Shown: piece by piece, positions 19,924-28,643 of the stretch
Numbering within the stretch: position 1 is the first letter of the stretch
Layout of the letters: each line of letters starts with the position of its first letter
Assembly (NCBI GenBank): GCA_965140415.1
Contig: OZ223209.1
Coordinates: 2,912,001-2,976,000, forward strand
Direction of reading: 5' to 3'
Origin: Myxococcota bacterium
GTDB lineage: Bacteria; Myxococcota_A; SURF-8
Length of the DNA stretch: 64,000 bases
Made by a program: the position numbers and the translations under genes
Notes under the pieces: model-generated
Databases searched by the model: none
What the model saw: only the letters and a program-made list of their open reading frames with translations
Told to the model about the DNA's origin: nothing

Positions 19924-21414
19924 ATGACATCATTTCAATCACGCATCATCGATCACATTGATCCGGAAACCGTTTCCAATAATGCCCAGCGCTGTCGCGA
20001 GCGGGGAATCGTCATTCCTACTTTCAAGCAACTGAGAAATCCGGAGACGATTCCGCAGTGCATCACGCGCCGCCTGCCCGAAATCGGTTTATGGGATGTC
20101 AATCCGCTCAATCTCTTTCGCATCACTTGGAAAAACGATGTCGCCAGCGGCTTGTTTGGTGGCGTCAACTATCTCGAGATCCCATCCGAAATTAGCGGAG
20201 TAAAGGCGCGCATCATCGGGTTGACCGGCAAGTTCTTTCCAACCGGTGCTCACAAAGTAGGGGCGGCTTTCGGTTGTCTCGTGCCACGTCTGGTAAGTGG
20301 TGCTTTCGATCCGACTAAGCATAAGGCCGTATGGCCATCGACTGGAAATTACTGCCGGGGTGGCGCCTATGATTGTGCGCTGTTGGCTTGTACTGCGGTG
20401 GCGATATTGCCGGAAGAGATGTCGCAGGAACGTTTCAATTGGTTGCGCGAAATCGGATCGGAAGTGATTGCTACGCCGGGCTGCGAATCCAACGTAAAGG
20501 AAATCTACGATAAATGCTGGGAGTTGCGTGACGATCCCGACAATATCATCTTCAACCAGTTCGATGAATTCGGAAATCCGATTTTCCATTACTCAGTTAC
20601 CGGTCCGGCAATCGAAGAAGTATTTAACGAATTGGATGGGGATGCATTGCGTCTGGCTGCGTATGTTTCAGCAACCGGTTCGGCAGGGACCATTGCCGCC
20701 GGTGATTATCTTAAGTCGCTTTACCCAACGGCAAAGACCATCGCTGCCGAGGCGTTGCAATGTCCGACATTGCTGATGAATGGTTTCGGCGGACATCGCA
20801 TCGAAGGCATTGGCGACAAGCATGTCCCCTGGGTGCATAACGCTCGTTCTCTGGATGCGGTCGCGGCAATTGACGACAACGACTGCATGAAAATAATGCG
20901 CTTATTCAATGAAGATGTGGGTCTGGAACTGTTGAAATCGCAAGGATTAGATGACGAAAAAGCGGAGAAGCTGTCTCTGCTTGGTATCAGCAGTATTGGA
21001 AACCTGTTGGCTGCAATAAAGACCGCCAAGTATTACGAAATGGATGAAAACGATGTGATCTTTACCGTTTTCACCGATTCGATGGAACTGTACGGGTCAA
21101 GAATCGAGGAAATGCGGGCGGAGCAAGGCAGCTATGAAACGATTCAGGCTGCACAGGACTTCTCCGGCTCGGTGATTGCACAGGGAATCGACTATTTTAA
21201 GGAACTGGGCTATTACGACCGCAAAGCCGTTCATAACCTTAAATATTATACCTGGGTGGAGCAGCAAGGGAAGACCTACGAAGAAATCCTTGAATTATGG
21301 AAACCTGAATTCTGGCGTTCCATGTTCGAGGATGAAGTGGCTGTATTCGATCGCATGATCGACGAGTTCAATCGCGAAGTCGGATTGCTGGATACATGGA
21401 AAAGGGAAGGGTAA
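19924..21414 (+). CDS. PLP-dependent enzyme, fold type II (cysteine synthase/TrpB superfamily), function unknown
   Basis: FPTGAHKVGA (PLP lysine), WPSTGNYCRGG, TGSAGT and HRIEGIGDKHVP; last gene of the operon. Confidence 0.8.
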   Translation: MTSFQSRIIDHIDPETVSNNAQRCRERGIVIPTFKQLRNPETIPQCITRRLPEIGLWDVNPLNLFRITWKNDVASGLFGGVNYLEIPSEISGVKARIIGLTGKFFPTGAHKVGAAFGCLVPRLVSGAFDPTKHKAVWPSTGNYCRGGAYDCALLACTAVAILPEEMSQERFNWLREIGSEVIATPGCESNVKEIYDKCWELRDDPDNIIFNQFDEFGNPIFHYSVTGPAIEEVFNELDGDALRLAAYVSATGSAGTIAAGDYLKSLYPTAKTIAAEALQCPTLLMNGFGGHRIEGIGDKHVPWVHNARSLDAVAAIDDNDCMKIMRLFNEDVGLELLKSQGLDDEKAEKLSLLGISSIGNLLAAIKTAKYYEMDENDVIFTVFTDSMELYGSRIEEMRAEQGSYETIQAAQDFSGSVIAQGIDYFKELGYYDRKAVHNLKYYTWVEQQGKTYEEILELWKPEFWRSMFEDEVAVFDRMIDEFNREVGLLDTWKREG

Positions 21415-21417
21415 CGG

Positions 21418-22350
21418 TTATTCCGATGTGAGAATTCGCTTGATGATCTCTTCTGCATCGCGGTGTTGCGGGCGTAATTCAGATGCATCGTAAGCTCCCC
21501 CGAGATCCCACAGACCGGCGCAGATGTCCGATAAACTACATAGATCGCAGATTGGTGCTTTCTGGTAACGCCAGCCCTGCTCGCGGTAATCGCCACGGTC
21601 ATCCAGAAAATGAATGATGCGTTCATCGCCTTTGACGATGGCGCGGGTTTCCGTGCTGGCGTAGGCGAATTCTCCCATGTAACATAACGGCACCTTTTCC
21701 AAACGGAATGTCCGACCGCTTCCTTCTAGAAATTCCATGCAGGCTAAAAGTGAGCTTTCGCATTGAGCCAAAGTAGGGATGGTCTCCGGGTGATCGGCCA
21801 CACGGTTCATGTACGGGTCTAGGAAAGTCCAACTGAAATGGTGCACGAAAGGAAAGTTGTCGCAAATCCAGCGCGCCGTCTGATCCAGATGATCGGCATT
21901 CTGGGCGCAGATCGTTTGGTTGATATCCACGGCTGTTGATGTGTTTCGAAGCAAAAACAGGCTGCGAACGATATTGGATAGCGAATCGTGATTTCCGGTC
22001 AGTTGCGCCTGGACAGAAGCATGATGACTGTGAATCGAAAGATGGATGTGCCGTAGACCGGCATGCAATAGCGAGTTCAAATAAGCGGGGTCGGCTGTTT
22101 TCTGTCCGTTGGTGATCACACGGCAGGGCATATCTTTTTCATGGCAATACGCAATCAACTCGGCCAGGTAGGGAAATAAGGTCGGTTCACCACCTGTTAG
22201 AATAACACCGTCGTAGCCCTGGCGGATGTGCACGTCGATCATGTCCATGGCTTGTTGAACGGTCAATTCCTTGCCGGTTTCCGGATTCGAACAAAACCGG
22301 CAATTCTGATTGCATTGCCGGTTGACTTGTATATATCCCAGGTTGGCCAT
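21418..22350 (-). CDS. Radical SAM protein with C-terminal CxxCx5C motif
   Basis: CNQNCRFC, LTGGEPT, ITNG, VPLCYM and the C-terminal CDLCSLSDICAG. Confidence 0.9.
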   Translation of the reverse strand: MANLGYIQVNRQCNQNCRFCSNPETGKELTVQQAMDMIDVHIRQGYDGVILTGGEPTLFPYLAELIAYCHEKDMPCRVITNGQKTADPAYLNSLLHAGLRHIHLSIHSHHASVQAQLTGNHDSLSNIVRSLFLLRNTSTAVDINQTICAQNADHLDQTARWICDNFPFVHHFSWTFLDPYMNRVADHPETIPTLAQCESSLLACMEFLEGSGRTFRLEKVPLCYMGEFAYASTETRAIVKGDERIIHFLDDRGDYREQGWRYQKAPICDLCSLSDICAGLWDLGGAYDASELRPQHRDAEEIIKRILTSE

Positions 22351-22527
22351 CGATCGCCTTTTCGATTCATGCTCAGCTCTTCAACGCAGCGGATTGTACA
22401 CCAAGCTGTATCAAAAAAACATGTTCAAATACAAATCGGAATGATTTCTTAAAAGATGAAAAAGCATCCCGATCCATAGCAGGCTATGGTATATACGAAT
22501 TCGAAACGTACTAGTTGGAGGTAGGGA

Positions 22528-25500
22528 ATGTCCCCGAATGCATGGTCACATCCTGTTTATCGAAAGCGCTTGCGTAGCTATGGGCTACGTTTTGCGTTGA
22601 CGGATGCATTCGGTACGCGATTGGAGCCGGAAGAGATCGAGAGTAATCTACGCGAATTTGGGCTGGAGGATTTTCAGATCGTGCTGTCAGATGACGGCTG
22701 GACGCTGCATCATCCAGGATTGACCGCCAAATGCGATGCCGTTTCGTTTTCAGCAACGTGGTTACGGGAAAAACTCTCTCCGTTATTACCTGTGTACTTA
22801 CAGGCAGAAATGTTTCCAAACGAGAACGAGTTTAAAAGTGTTTTTATCGATCAACGTTCTCACGAATTTGAAACGATAGCGCTCGCAGAAGTTCGACAGT
22901 CAGAAGCATTTTCGAATGAAATCATTGAAGAACTGTTGTTGAGAATATTTGAGAAATCGGCTGCTTTTAACAAACCGCAAAAATGCTCCCTCAAAATTCA
23001 AGATGGTAATGAGTGGCAACATCGCTTGAATTCCTTGCAAAAAGTTATAAATGAAGCCTTTCCCAAGATGGGCTTAAATCCAAAGAATGTTTCATTGCGG
23101 ATTCGCATGAGAAACGGTCGAATCGAGACTGTTGAAAACAACCATGTAAATCGCGCTAAAAAGGACAAGAGCGTTTCCTTCCTTTTGTGGGAAAAACCGG
23201 AAACAGAAGAAAACGGACAAGCCACCCTCGTTTTTGCCATGTCGCAGTCTGAGGCTGCCATCACATGGCTTTGTAAACAGTTCGACGAAGGTTTGGAAGA
23301 GCAAGCTCCTAAGCATCCGATCTTGTTGGATGGACTGCAATGGGAGATCGCTCGCAAACCTACGATCGCCCGAATCGGTGGAAAATCGTTAGCAGGTGCG
23401 ATCTGTCTTGATGCATCCTCCTGCGATGCCTGCAAATTATGCGAGCGCGCCTGTCCGATGCAGTGCTTGACAATCGATGATGGAAAACTGGAAATCGATC
23501 GAGAACGCTGTTTGCAATGTTATGATTGTATCGAGGTCTGCCCGGCCAGTGCTTTTCGGCCAATCTACAATCAAGCCAGTGCGATGTGGAGTGAACGGGT
23601 GATGGAACGCCCCGGCTGGCTGGGACGTTTGGCTGGCCTACCGGGACCGGCTTTCCCTGCCCCATATCCGCCGTCTTATCTTTTACCGAAAACAAAAAGT
23701 TCTCGAAGCGTGATTCTTGGCCTGGCGATTACGACAATGCAGGAACATGCGGCGGCCTTGATCATCGATGGTGAGGTGGTTGGGGCTATCGAGGAAGAAC
23801 GCATCAATCGGCTGCGTCACTATGGTTGGACGCCCACCGGACGAGACGGCGTAACCCTGGCCGTCGATCCGACGATCTGCCTGGAAGAGGCATTGTGTCG
23901 CAGGTCGATTCGCGGATTGCTGTCCGAGCATGGACTCACCCTGGATGATGTGGACTGCTTTGCATTGAATGGCATTCCTGCCAAATATCGCCGCAGTTAT
24001 TCTCTGACGGATCAACATCGGCCCCCACAGGTGTTGGATTCGGGAAGGATCGTTTGCATTCCTCATCATCTCGCGCATGCCGCATCCGCGTTTAGAATGT
24101 CGGGAATGGAAGAGGCGTGGGTGTTGACTGTCGATGGACGCGGGGACCGCGAAACGGCGGCGCTATTTCATGGTGAACGTGCAACGCTAAGCAGAAAAGC
24201 GGATTGGCTTGCGTTGACGGACCGCAGTATTGGCAGTGTATACGAAAACGCCACACGCCTTTTAGGATTTGGAACGCATGGGCAGGGCAGTTTGATGGCC
24301 CTGGCAGCCTTTGGTTCGACAACCGTGGATGTTAGCGAGTTTTTACGCGCGGATGATGATGGACGTCTCCACGTTCAAGAAAGCGGTCTTCAGAAGAAGT
24401 TTGACAATTTGAAACAAGAGGAAACACAAGAGATCAATCAAGAACAGATGGATCTTGCCTCCTCCATTCAGCAGGCACTGGAGGACGTTGTGTTTTCCAT
24501 GTTGCGCGAAAACGGTGTTGAAAACGGTGCTAAGGGCTTGTGCCTGGCTGGTGGCGTCGCTTTGAACTGTCGTCTGAATCAGCGCCTGCTCGAAGAATTC
24601 TCTCCAGTCGAGTTGTACGTGCAACCGGCGGCAAATGATGCAGGAACGGCCCTGGGCGCGGCGCTTGAAGCATGGAGTCGAAAGACAGATGAGCCGGAGA
24701 ACGTTTGTTACGGTCACAGCTATTGGGGACCGGCATTCGATGAAGAGGAGATGAATTCCGTGTTGGCCAGATACGGCTTGGACTATCGCCGTAGCGACAG
24801 ACTGGAACAGGAGTGTGCCGAACTGCTGGAGCAGGGCCAGGTGTTGTGCTGGTTCCAGGGACGTATGGAGTTCGGTCCGCGTGCACTGGGCGCTCGCAGC
24901 ATTCTTGCCGATCCCAGAAAAGCTGAGTTGAAAGATCGTGTGAACCGCATCAAAACAAGGGAATCCTGGCGGCCCTTCGGTCCCAGCGTTTTAGCGGGTC
25001 ATGAAAACGACTGGTTCGAGCCCGGCCTGGACAGCAACTACATGCTTTTCACCTTGAAAGTTAATGAAGAAAAGAGAGATAGGATTCCGGCGGTGATGCA
25101 TATCGATGGCAGCACACGTCCCCAGGTGGTTCATCGTGAAACGAATGAGCGCTACTTCGATCTGATCGATGCCTTCTTCGCACGCAGCGGCGTGCCGATG
25201 GTTTTGAACACCTCTTTCAACCGACGCGGTGAGCCGATCGTCTGCACGCCACAGGATGCCGTAGACTGTTTCCTGGATACGGACGCAGATGTGCTGGCGC
25301 TTGGACCATTCATCGCTACACGAGCGGAGGCGCAACATTCTGCAACTGAAAAAGATGATTGCGGCGAATTGGAAACGCTACGGGCGTATCCGACTGATCG
25401 GAGACTGTTGCTACGTGTCACCACGGATTGCGATAACGACTGTTCTTTCTGTACGCTAAGGGATTTGCGTGGTCACAGGGAAAGATCGTTGTTGCAGGTG

Positions 25501-26289
25501 GAAAACTCGTTACAGCAGGGACGCCAAACTGGTTGTGGTGAACTGGTGATCATGCGTGGAGAAGCCACACAGAATCCGAACTTGATCAGTTTGGTGCGTA
25601 TGGCCCGAAACATGGGCTATCGGAAAGTACAGTTGCAAACCAACGGACGACGCCTGGCGGAACCGTCCTATCGTCTTCGATTGCTGGATTCGGGTGTCGA
25701 TACCTTTGAGATCGGCCTGGCTGCTGCAAATGAAAAATTGCATGACAATCTGGTAGGACGTGCTGGGGCGTTTCGTGAAACGGCACTTGGTATACGGGCG
25801 CTCATTCGGGCGGGTGCCGATGTATTGATTACGATTCCGGTGCTAAGAAAAAATCGTCATGAACTTTCGCACATTGTTGCGCTTGTTCATAAGCTTGGTG
25901 TAAGCAGAGTCCAGTTTAATTTCCCGCGTCCAGTAGAGATCCCCCGGCAGGTCGTTACGAAACCGCTCTCACGCCTTTCTGTGGTTTCTCCCTTTGTACG
26001 GGAAGCCGTCAAGTTGGCGCAGAGCCTGGGATTGTTTGTCTCCACAGAGGCGTTTCCCTTTTGTCATCTCGATGAAAGCCTGCATGCAACGCCGGATGCC
26101 ACCGAAGACTGGCGTCGCTATCGGGTGGACGATCTCCACCTGTTGCACGACTCCTTGAAAGAAGAAAGAAAACGTGCCAGATTGCAAGCGGAACCTTGTA
26201 AAGAATGTCGATTGCAGGAGGCCTGTCCTCGTACCTGGGCGATTTATCTTGAACTGTTCGGAAGCGGAGAATTGATCCCGTTTCGCTGA
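22528..26289 (+). CDS. Fusion of unknown N-domain, 2x[4Fe-4S] ferredoxin, NodU/CmcH carbamoyltransferase and radical SAM domain
   Basis: Ferredoxin: CDACKLCERACP and CLQCYDCIEVCP. Carbamoyltransferase: EEERINR, HHLAHA, VDGRG, LAGGVALN, GRMEFGPRALGARSILADP and NTSFN. Radical SAM: CDNDCSFC, QTNGRRL and CKECRLQEAC. Confidence 0.9.
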   Translation: MSPNAWSHPVYRKRLRSYGLRFALTDAFGTRLEPEEIESNLREFGLEDFQIVLSDDGWTLHHPGLTAKCDAVSFSATWLREKLSPLLPVYLQAEMFPNENEFKSVFIDQRSHEFETIALAEVRQSEAFSNEIIEELLLRIFEKSAAFNKPQKCSLKIQDGNEWQHRLNSLQKVINEAFPKMGLNPKNVSLRIRMRNGRIETVENNHVNRAKKDKSVSFLLWEKPETEENGQATLVFAMSQSEAAITWLCKQFDEGLEEQAPKHPILLDGLQWEIARKPTIARIGGKSLAGAICLDASSCDACKLCERACPMQCLTIDDGKLEIDRERCLQCYDCIEVCPASAFRPIYNQASAMWSERVMERPGWLGRLAGLPGPAFPAPYPPSYLLPKTKSSRSVILGLAITTMQEHAAALIIDGEVVGAIEEERINRLRHYGWTPTGRDGVTLAVDPTICLEEALCRRSIRGLLSEHGLTLDDVDCFALNGIPAKYRRSYSLTDQHRPPQVLDSGRIVCIPHHLAHAASAFRMSGMEEAWVLTVDGRGDRETAALFHGERATLSRKADWLALTDRSIGSVYENATRLLGFGTHGQGSLMALAAFGSTTVDVSEFLRADDDGRLHVQESGLQKKFDNLKQEETQEINQEQMDLASSIQQALEDVVFSMLRENGVENGAKGLCLAGGVALNCRLNQRLLEEFSPVELYVQPAANDAGTALGAALEAWSRKTDEPENVCYGHSYWGPAFDEEEMNSVLARYGLDYRRSDRLEQECAELLEQGQVLCWFQGRMEFGPRALGARSILADPRKAELKDRVNRIKTRESWRPFGPSVLAGHENDWFEPGLDSNYMLFTLKVNEEKRDRIPAVMHIDGSTRPQVVHRETNERYFDLIDAFFARSGVPMVLNTSFNRRGEPIVCTPQDAVDCFLDTDADVLALGPFIATRAEAQHSATEKDDCGELETLRAYPTDRRLLLRVTTDCDNDCSFCTLRDLRGHRERSLLQVENSLQQGRQTGCGELVIMRGEATQNPNLISLVRMARNMGYRKVQLQTNGRRLAEPSYRLRLLDSGVDTFEIGLAAANEKLHDNLVGRAGAFRETALGIRALIRAGADVLITIPVLRKNRHELSHIVALVHKLGVSRVQFNFPRPVEIPRQVVTKPLSRLSVVSPFVREAVKLAQSLGLFVSTEAFPFCHLDESLHATPDATEDWRRYRVDDLHLLHDSLKEERKRARLQAEPCKECRLQEACPRTWAIYLELFGSGELIPFR

Positions 26290-26321
26290 CCGTCGCATTT
26301 TCTGAATCATCAAGAATCGAT

Positions 26322-28385
26322 TTACTCGATCCGTTCCGGTATGACATAAAGTGCATCCGCCATTGCAGATGTCCCGACTTCGGAAAGTTCGCTGGATACG
26401 ATCAGGCGGACGGAGGCTGCGCCTGCCGGAATTCGGGTTCGGTTTTGCAAGGGTCGCCACTCGGCATCGAAAAGTTCTCCGCCCGGAATCGTTCCCCACA
26501 GGCTGCCGTCGCCATCGTAGATCTCCAATGCAAGTGACAAAGTGTTGGCAGCATCTACCGTTCTAAACCATCCCCCCCAATGCAAGGCCATTTGATCGCT
26601 TGCGAGTTCGTCCGAATAGGATGACAAATCGACAACCTGTGCAAGAAGGGATGTTCCTGCTTCACCAGCCTCCACACCAAATGCACCACCACCGTAAAAG
26701 AATCGTTCCCCGGAGAACGAACAAGGCGGGAAGAAGATAAAGCCGTATGGAACCATGCTCGGTAACGACTGCCAGCCGGTGGTTTCCCAGTGAGTTGATT
26801 CGATATCTTCCGCACCGGGATTTTCCAGAAGGTTGCCTCCCAATCGTTGATGCGACGTTTCGAGCAGATCTATTCCGAGATAGAGTTCGTCGAAGGCGGC
26901 GTCATTGCCTGCTCCATTGTACGCTTTATGATGGGCAATCCAGCTCAACCGGGCTTTTCGCGTGTTCGGAGGTAGTTCAAGAAAATCGGCGTATGGATGC
27001 CAGTTCAATGTGTCGCGACGTTTGGAATGAAGTTGCAGCAGCACTTGGCCGTTCTCATCCAGTGCTTCCGTAACGATTTCCGCTTCATCATTGGGTTTTG
27101 GAATGTTGCTGCGAATGTCGCCTTCTTCATCGATGGTGAAACCGGTTCGCATATAGCCGGAAACAAGCAGGCGGGCTTTCATCGCGTCGATGTCCGCAGC
27201 CCATTCGGATAAATCAACGATTTGCTCCCCTGTCGAAAAACGGGTTTCGTCATCCGGCGCTGTGGAAAATCCGGTAAAGAATGCCGATCCCTTATATGGG
27301 GTTTGATTTTCGCGTTCGGCAACGGAAACCGCTTCTCCGCTTAGTGTCCAGCCGGTCGTGCCATCTTCCGCACCGGGGTTGATCAGCAGATTGGCTGGAC
27401 GGTTGTCTACTGTTGGAAAATCGGCAAAAAGATCACGTTGGGCTTCGAATGGATCGCTGGAAAAAGGGCTGTCCGGATCGGAAGGATAGAGCAACTCCGC
27501 CCACACCGGTTTATGATCGGAAAGAACCGGCGATAAGTTAACGACATCTGCATCAAGTACCAGGGCCGGGAGTTCTTTTCTGAACCAGATCAAATCGATC
27601 AACTGCGAACCCTCGGTATCGTCGAAACCGGTGGAAGGCCAGGAGATACGCTCGCCGGGATACCAACCTATTTTAGTAAAGGCGTCCGTGGCGACTTCTT
27701 CCATAATTTCAACTTGACTGCTGTAGTGTTCATCGTTGAAGTCACCCACTAAAACCATATGCTTGGTCGTATCTTGTTTCAGATGCTCGTCTACAAACTC
27801 GCGAAACTGGAGATCCCCCTCCGCATTCCAGCCTAGGTGAGCCACGTAAAAGGAGAACATCACACCGGACACCTCGGAATGTGCATGGAGGAAACTGCGT
27901 CCGACGGACAGTGGAACCAGTTCGGTATCGTTCAATTCCGTTTTGGAAAGCAGAGCGATACCGGAACCGTAAGAATAGGGAAATCCACCGGCCTGGGCGA
28001 TGGGGGCAACGAAGCTTTCCGGGCATTCCTGTAGTCCGACCATGTCAAGATTCAGGGTTTTAAGCATATTGCCAATCGCTTCCGCATCGGCAAAATTGCC
28101 GCCGTAAATATTATAGCTAGCAACTCGCAGGCGGATTCCTTCGGGTAGTTCCGGTGAAAAAGGAGTTTCCGGCTCTAGAATCAGGTCTTCAACCTGAACG
28201 CTTGGATCGATAAGGACCGGAGAGTTATCTAAATCGCCATCCTCATTTTCCGACGTGTCGGAATCGCTGTCTCCTAAGTCATTAGAATCAGTGGAAGAAT
28301 CTGTGCATGAAAAAGCAAGGGAAATCAGGAGGATCGAAATGATTGTATGTAGGAAGAATGCATGCTTCACGGGTTTTCCTTTCAA
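26322..28385 (-). CDS. Lipoprotein with an endonuclease/exonuclease/phosphatase (EEP) domain and two galactose-binding-like (FBA/CBM-like) domains
   Basis: Lipobox AFSC; EEP motifs SYNI, LQE, GDFN, IDLI and SDHKPV; two repeats starting NLLxNPGAED. Confidence 0.8.
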   Translation of the reverse strand: MKGKPVKHAFFLHTIISILLISLAFSCTDSSTDSNDLGDSDSDTSENEDGDLDNSPVLIDPSVQVEDLILEPETPFSPELPEGIRLRVASYNIYGGNFADAEAIGNMLKTLNLDMVGLQECPESFVAPIAQAGGFPYSYGSGIALLSKTELNDTELVPLSVGRSFLHAHSEVSGVMFSFYVAHLGWNAEGDLQFREFVDEHLKQDTTKHMVLVGDFNDEHYSSQVEIMEEVATDAFTKIGWYPGERISWPSTGFDDTEGSQLIDLIWFRKELPALVLDADVVNLSPVLSDHKPVWAELLYPSDPDSPFSSDPFEAQRDLFADFPTVDNRPANLLINPGAEDGTTGWTLSGEAVSVAERENQTPYKGSAFFTGFSTAPDDETRFSTGEQIVDLSEWAADIDAMKARLLVSGYMRTGFTIDEEGDIRSNIPKPNDEAEIVTEALDENGQVLLQLHSKRRDTLNWHPYADFLELPPNTRKARLSWIAHHKAYNGAGNDAAFDELYLGIDLLETSHQRLGGNLLENPGAEDIESTHWETTGWQSLPSMVPYGFIFFPPCSFSGERFFYGGGAFGVEAGEAGTSLLAQVVDLSSYSDELASDQMALHWGGWFRTVDAANTLSLALEIYDGDGSLWGTIPGGELFDAEWRPLQNRTRIPAGAASVRLIVSSELSEVGTSAMADALYVIPERIE

Positions 28386-28643
28386 ACGGAAAAACTAATA
28401 AAATCTTAACGAAAGAATAGTGCGCTTCATGATCCCAGGCAAGGAAATGATTCTTGGCTATAGTGAAATCGAAACCAATTGCTTACAGAAATTACGTCTT
28501 TAAGCTGGACAATACAAAATGAAATGCAAGTTGTGCTTGCCTGTATTGAGGTTGACAACCAAGCGGAATCGCGGTAGATTTTAGTCAGATAGAAACACGG
28601 AAAAGTCTGAATTGTCATGGAATACTTAAGCAGGAGGAGTGGC

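Noticed and set aside
22351-22527. RiPP precursor peptide (e.g. His-Xaa-Ser type) next to the radical SAM genes
   Set aside because: The gaps are only 3, 177 and 32 bp and contain no credible small ORF; any substrate peptide would have to be encoded elsewhere.
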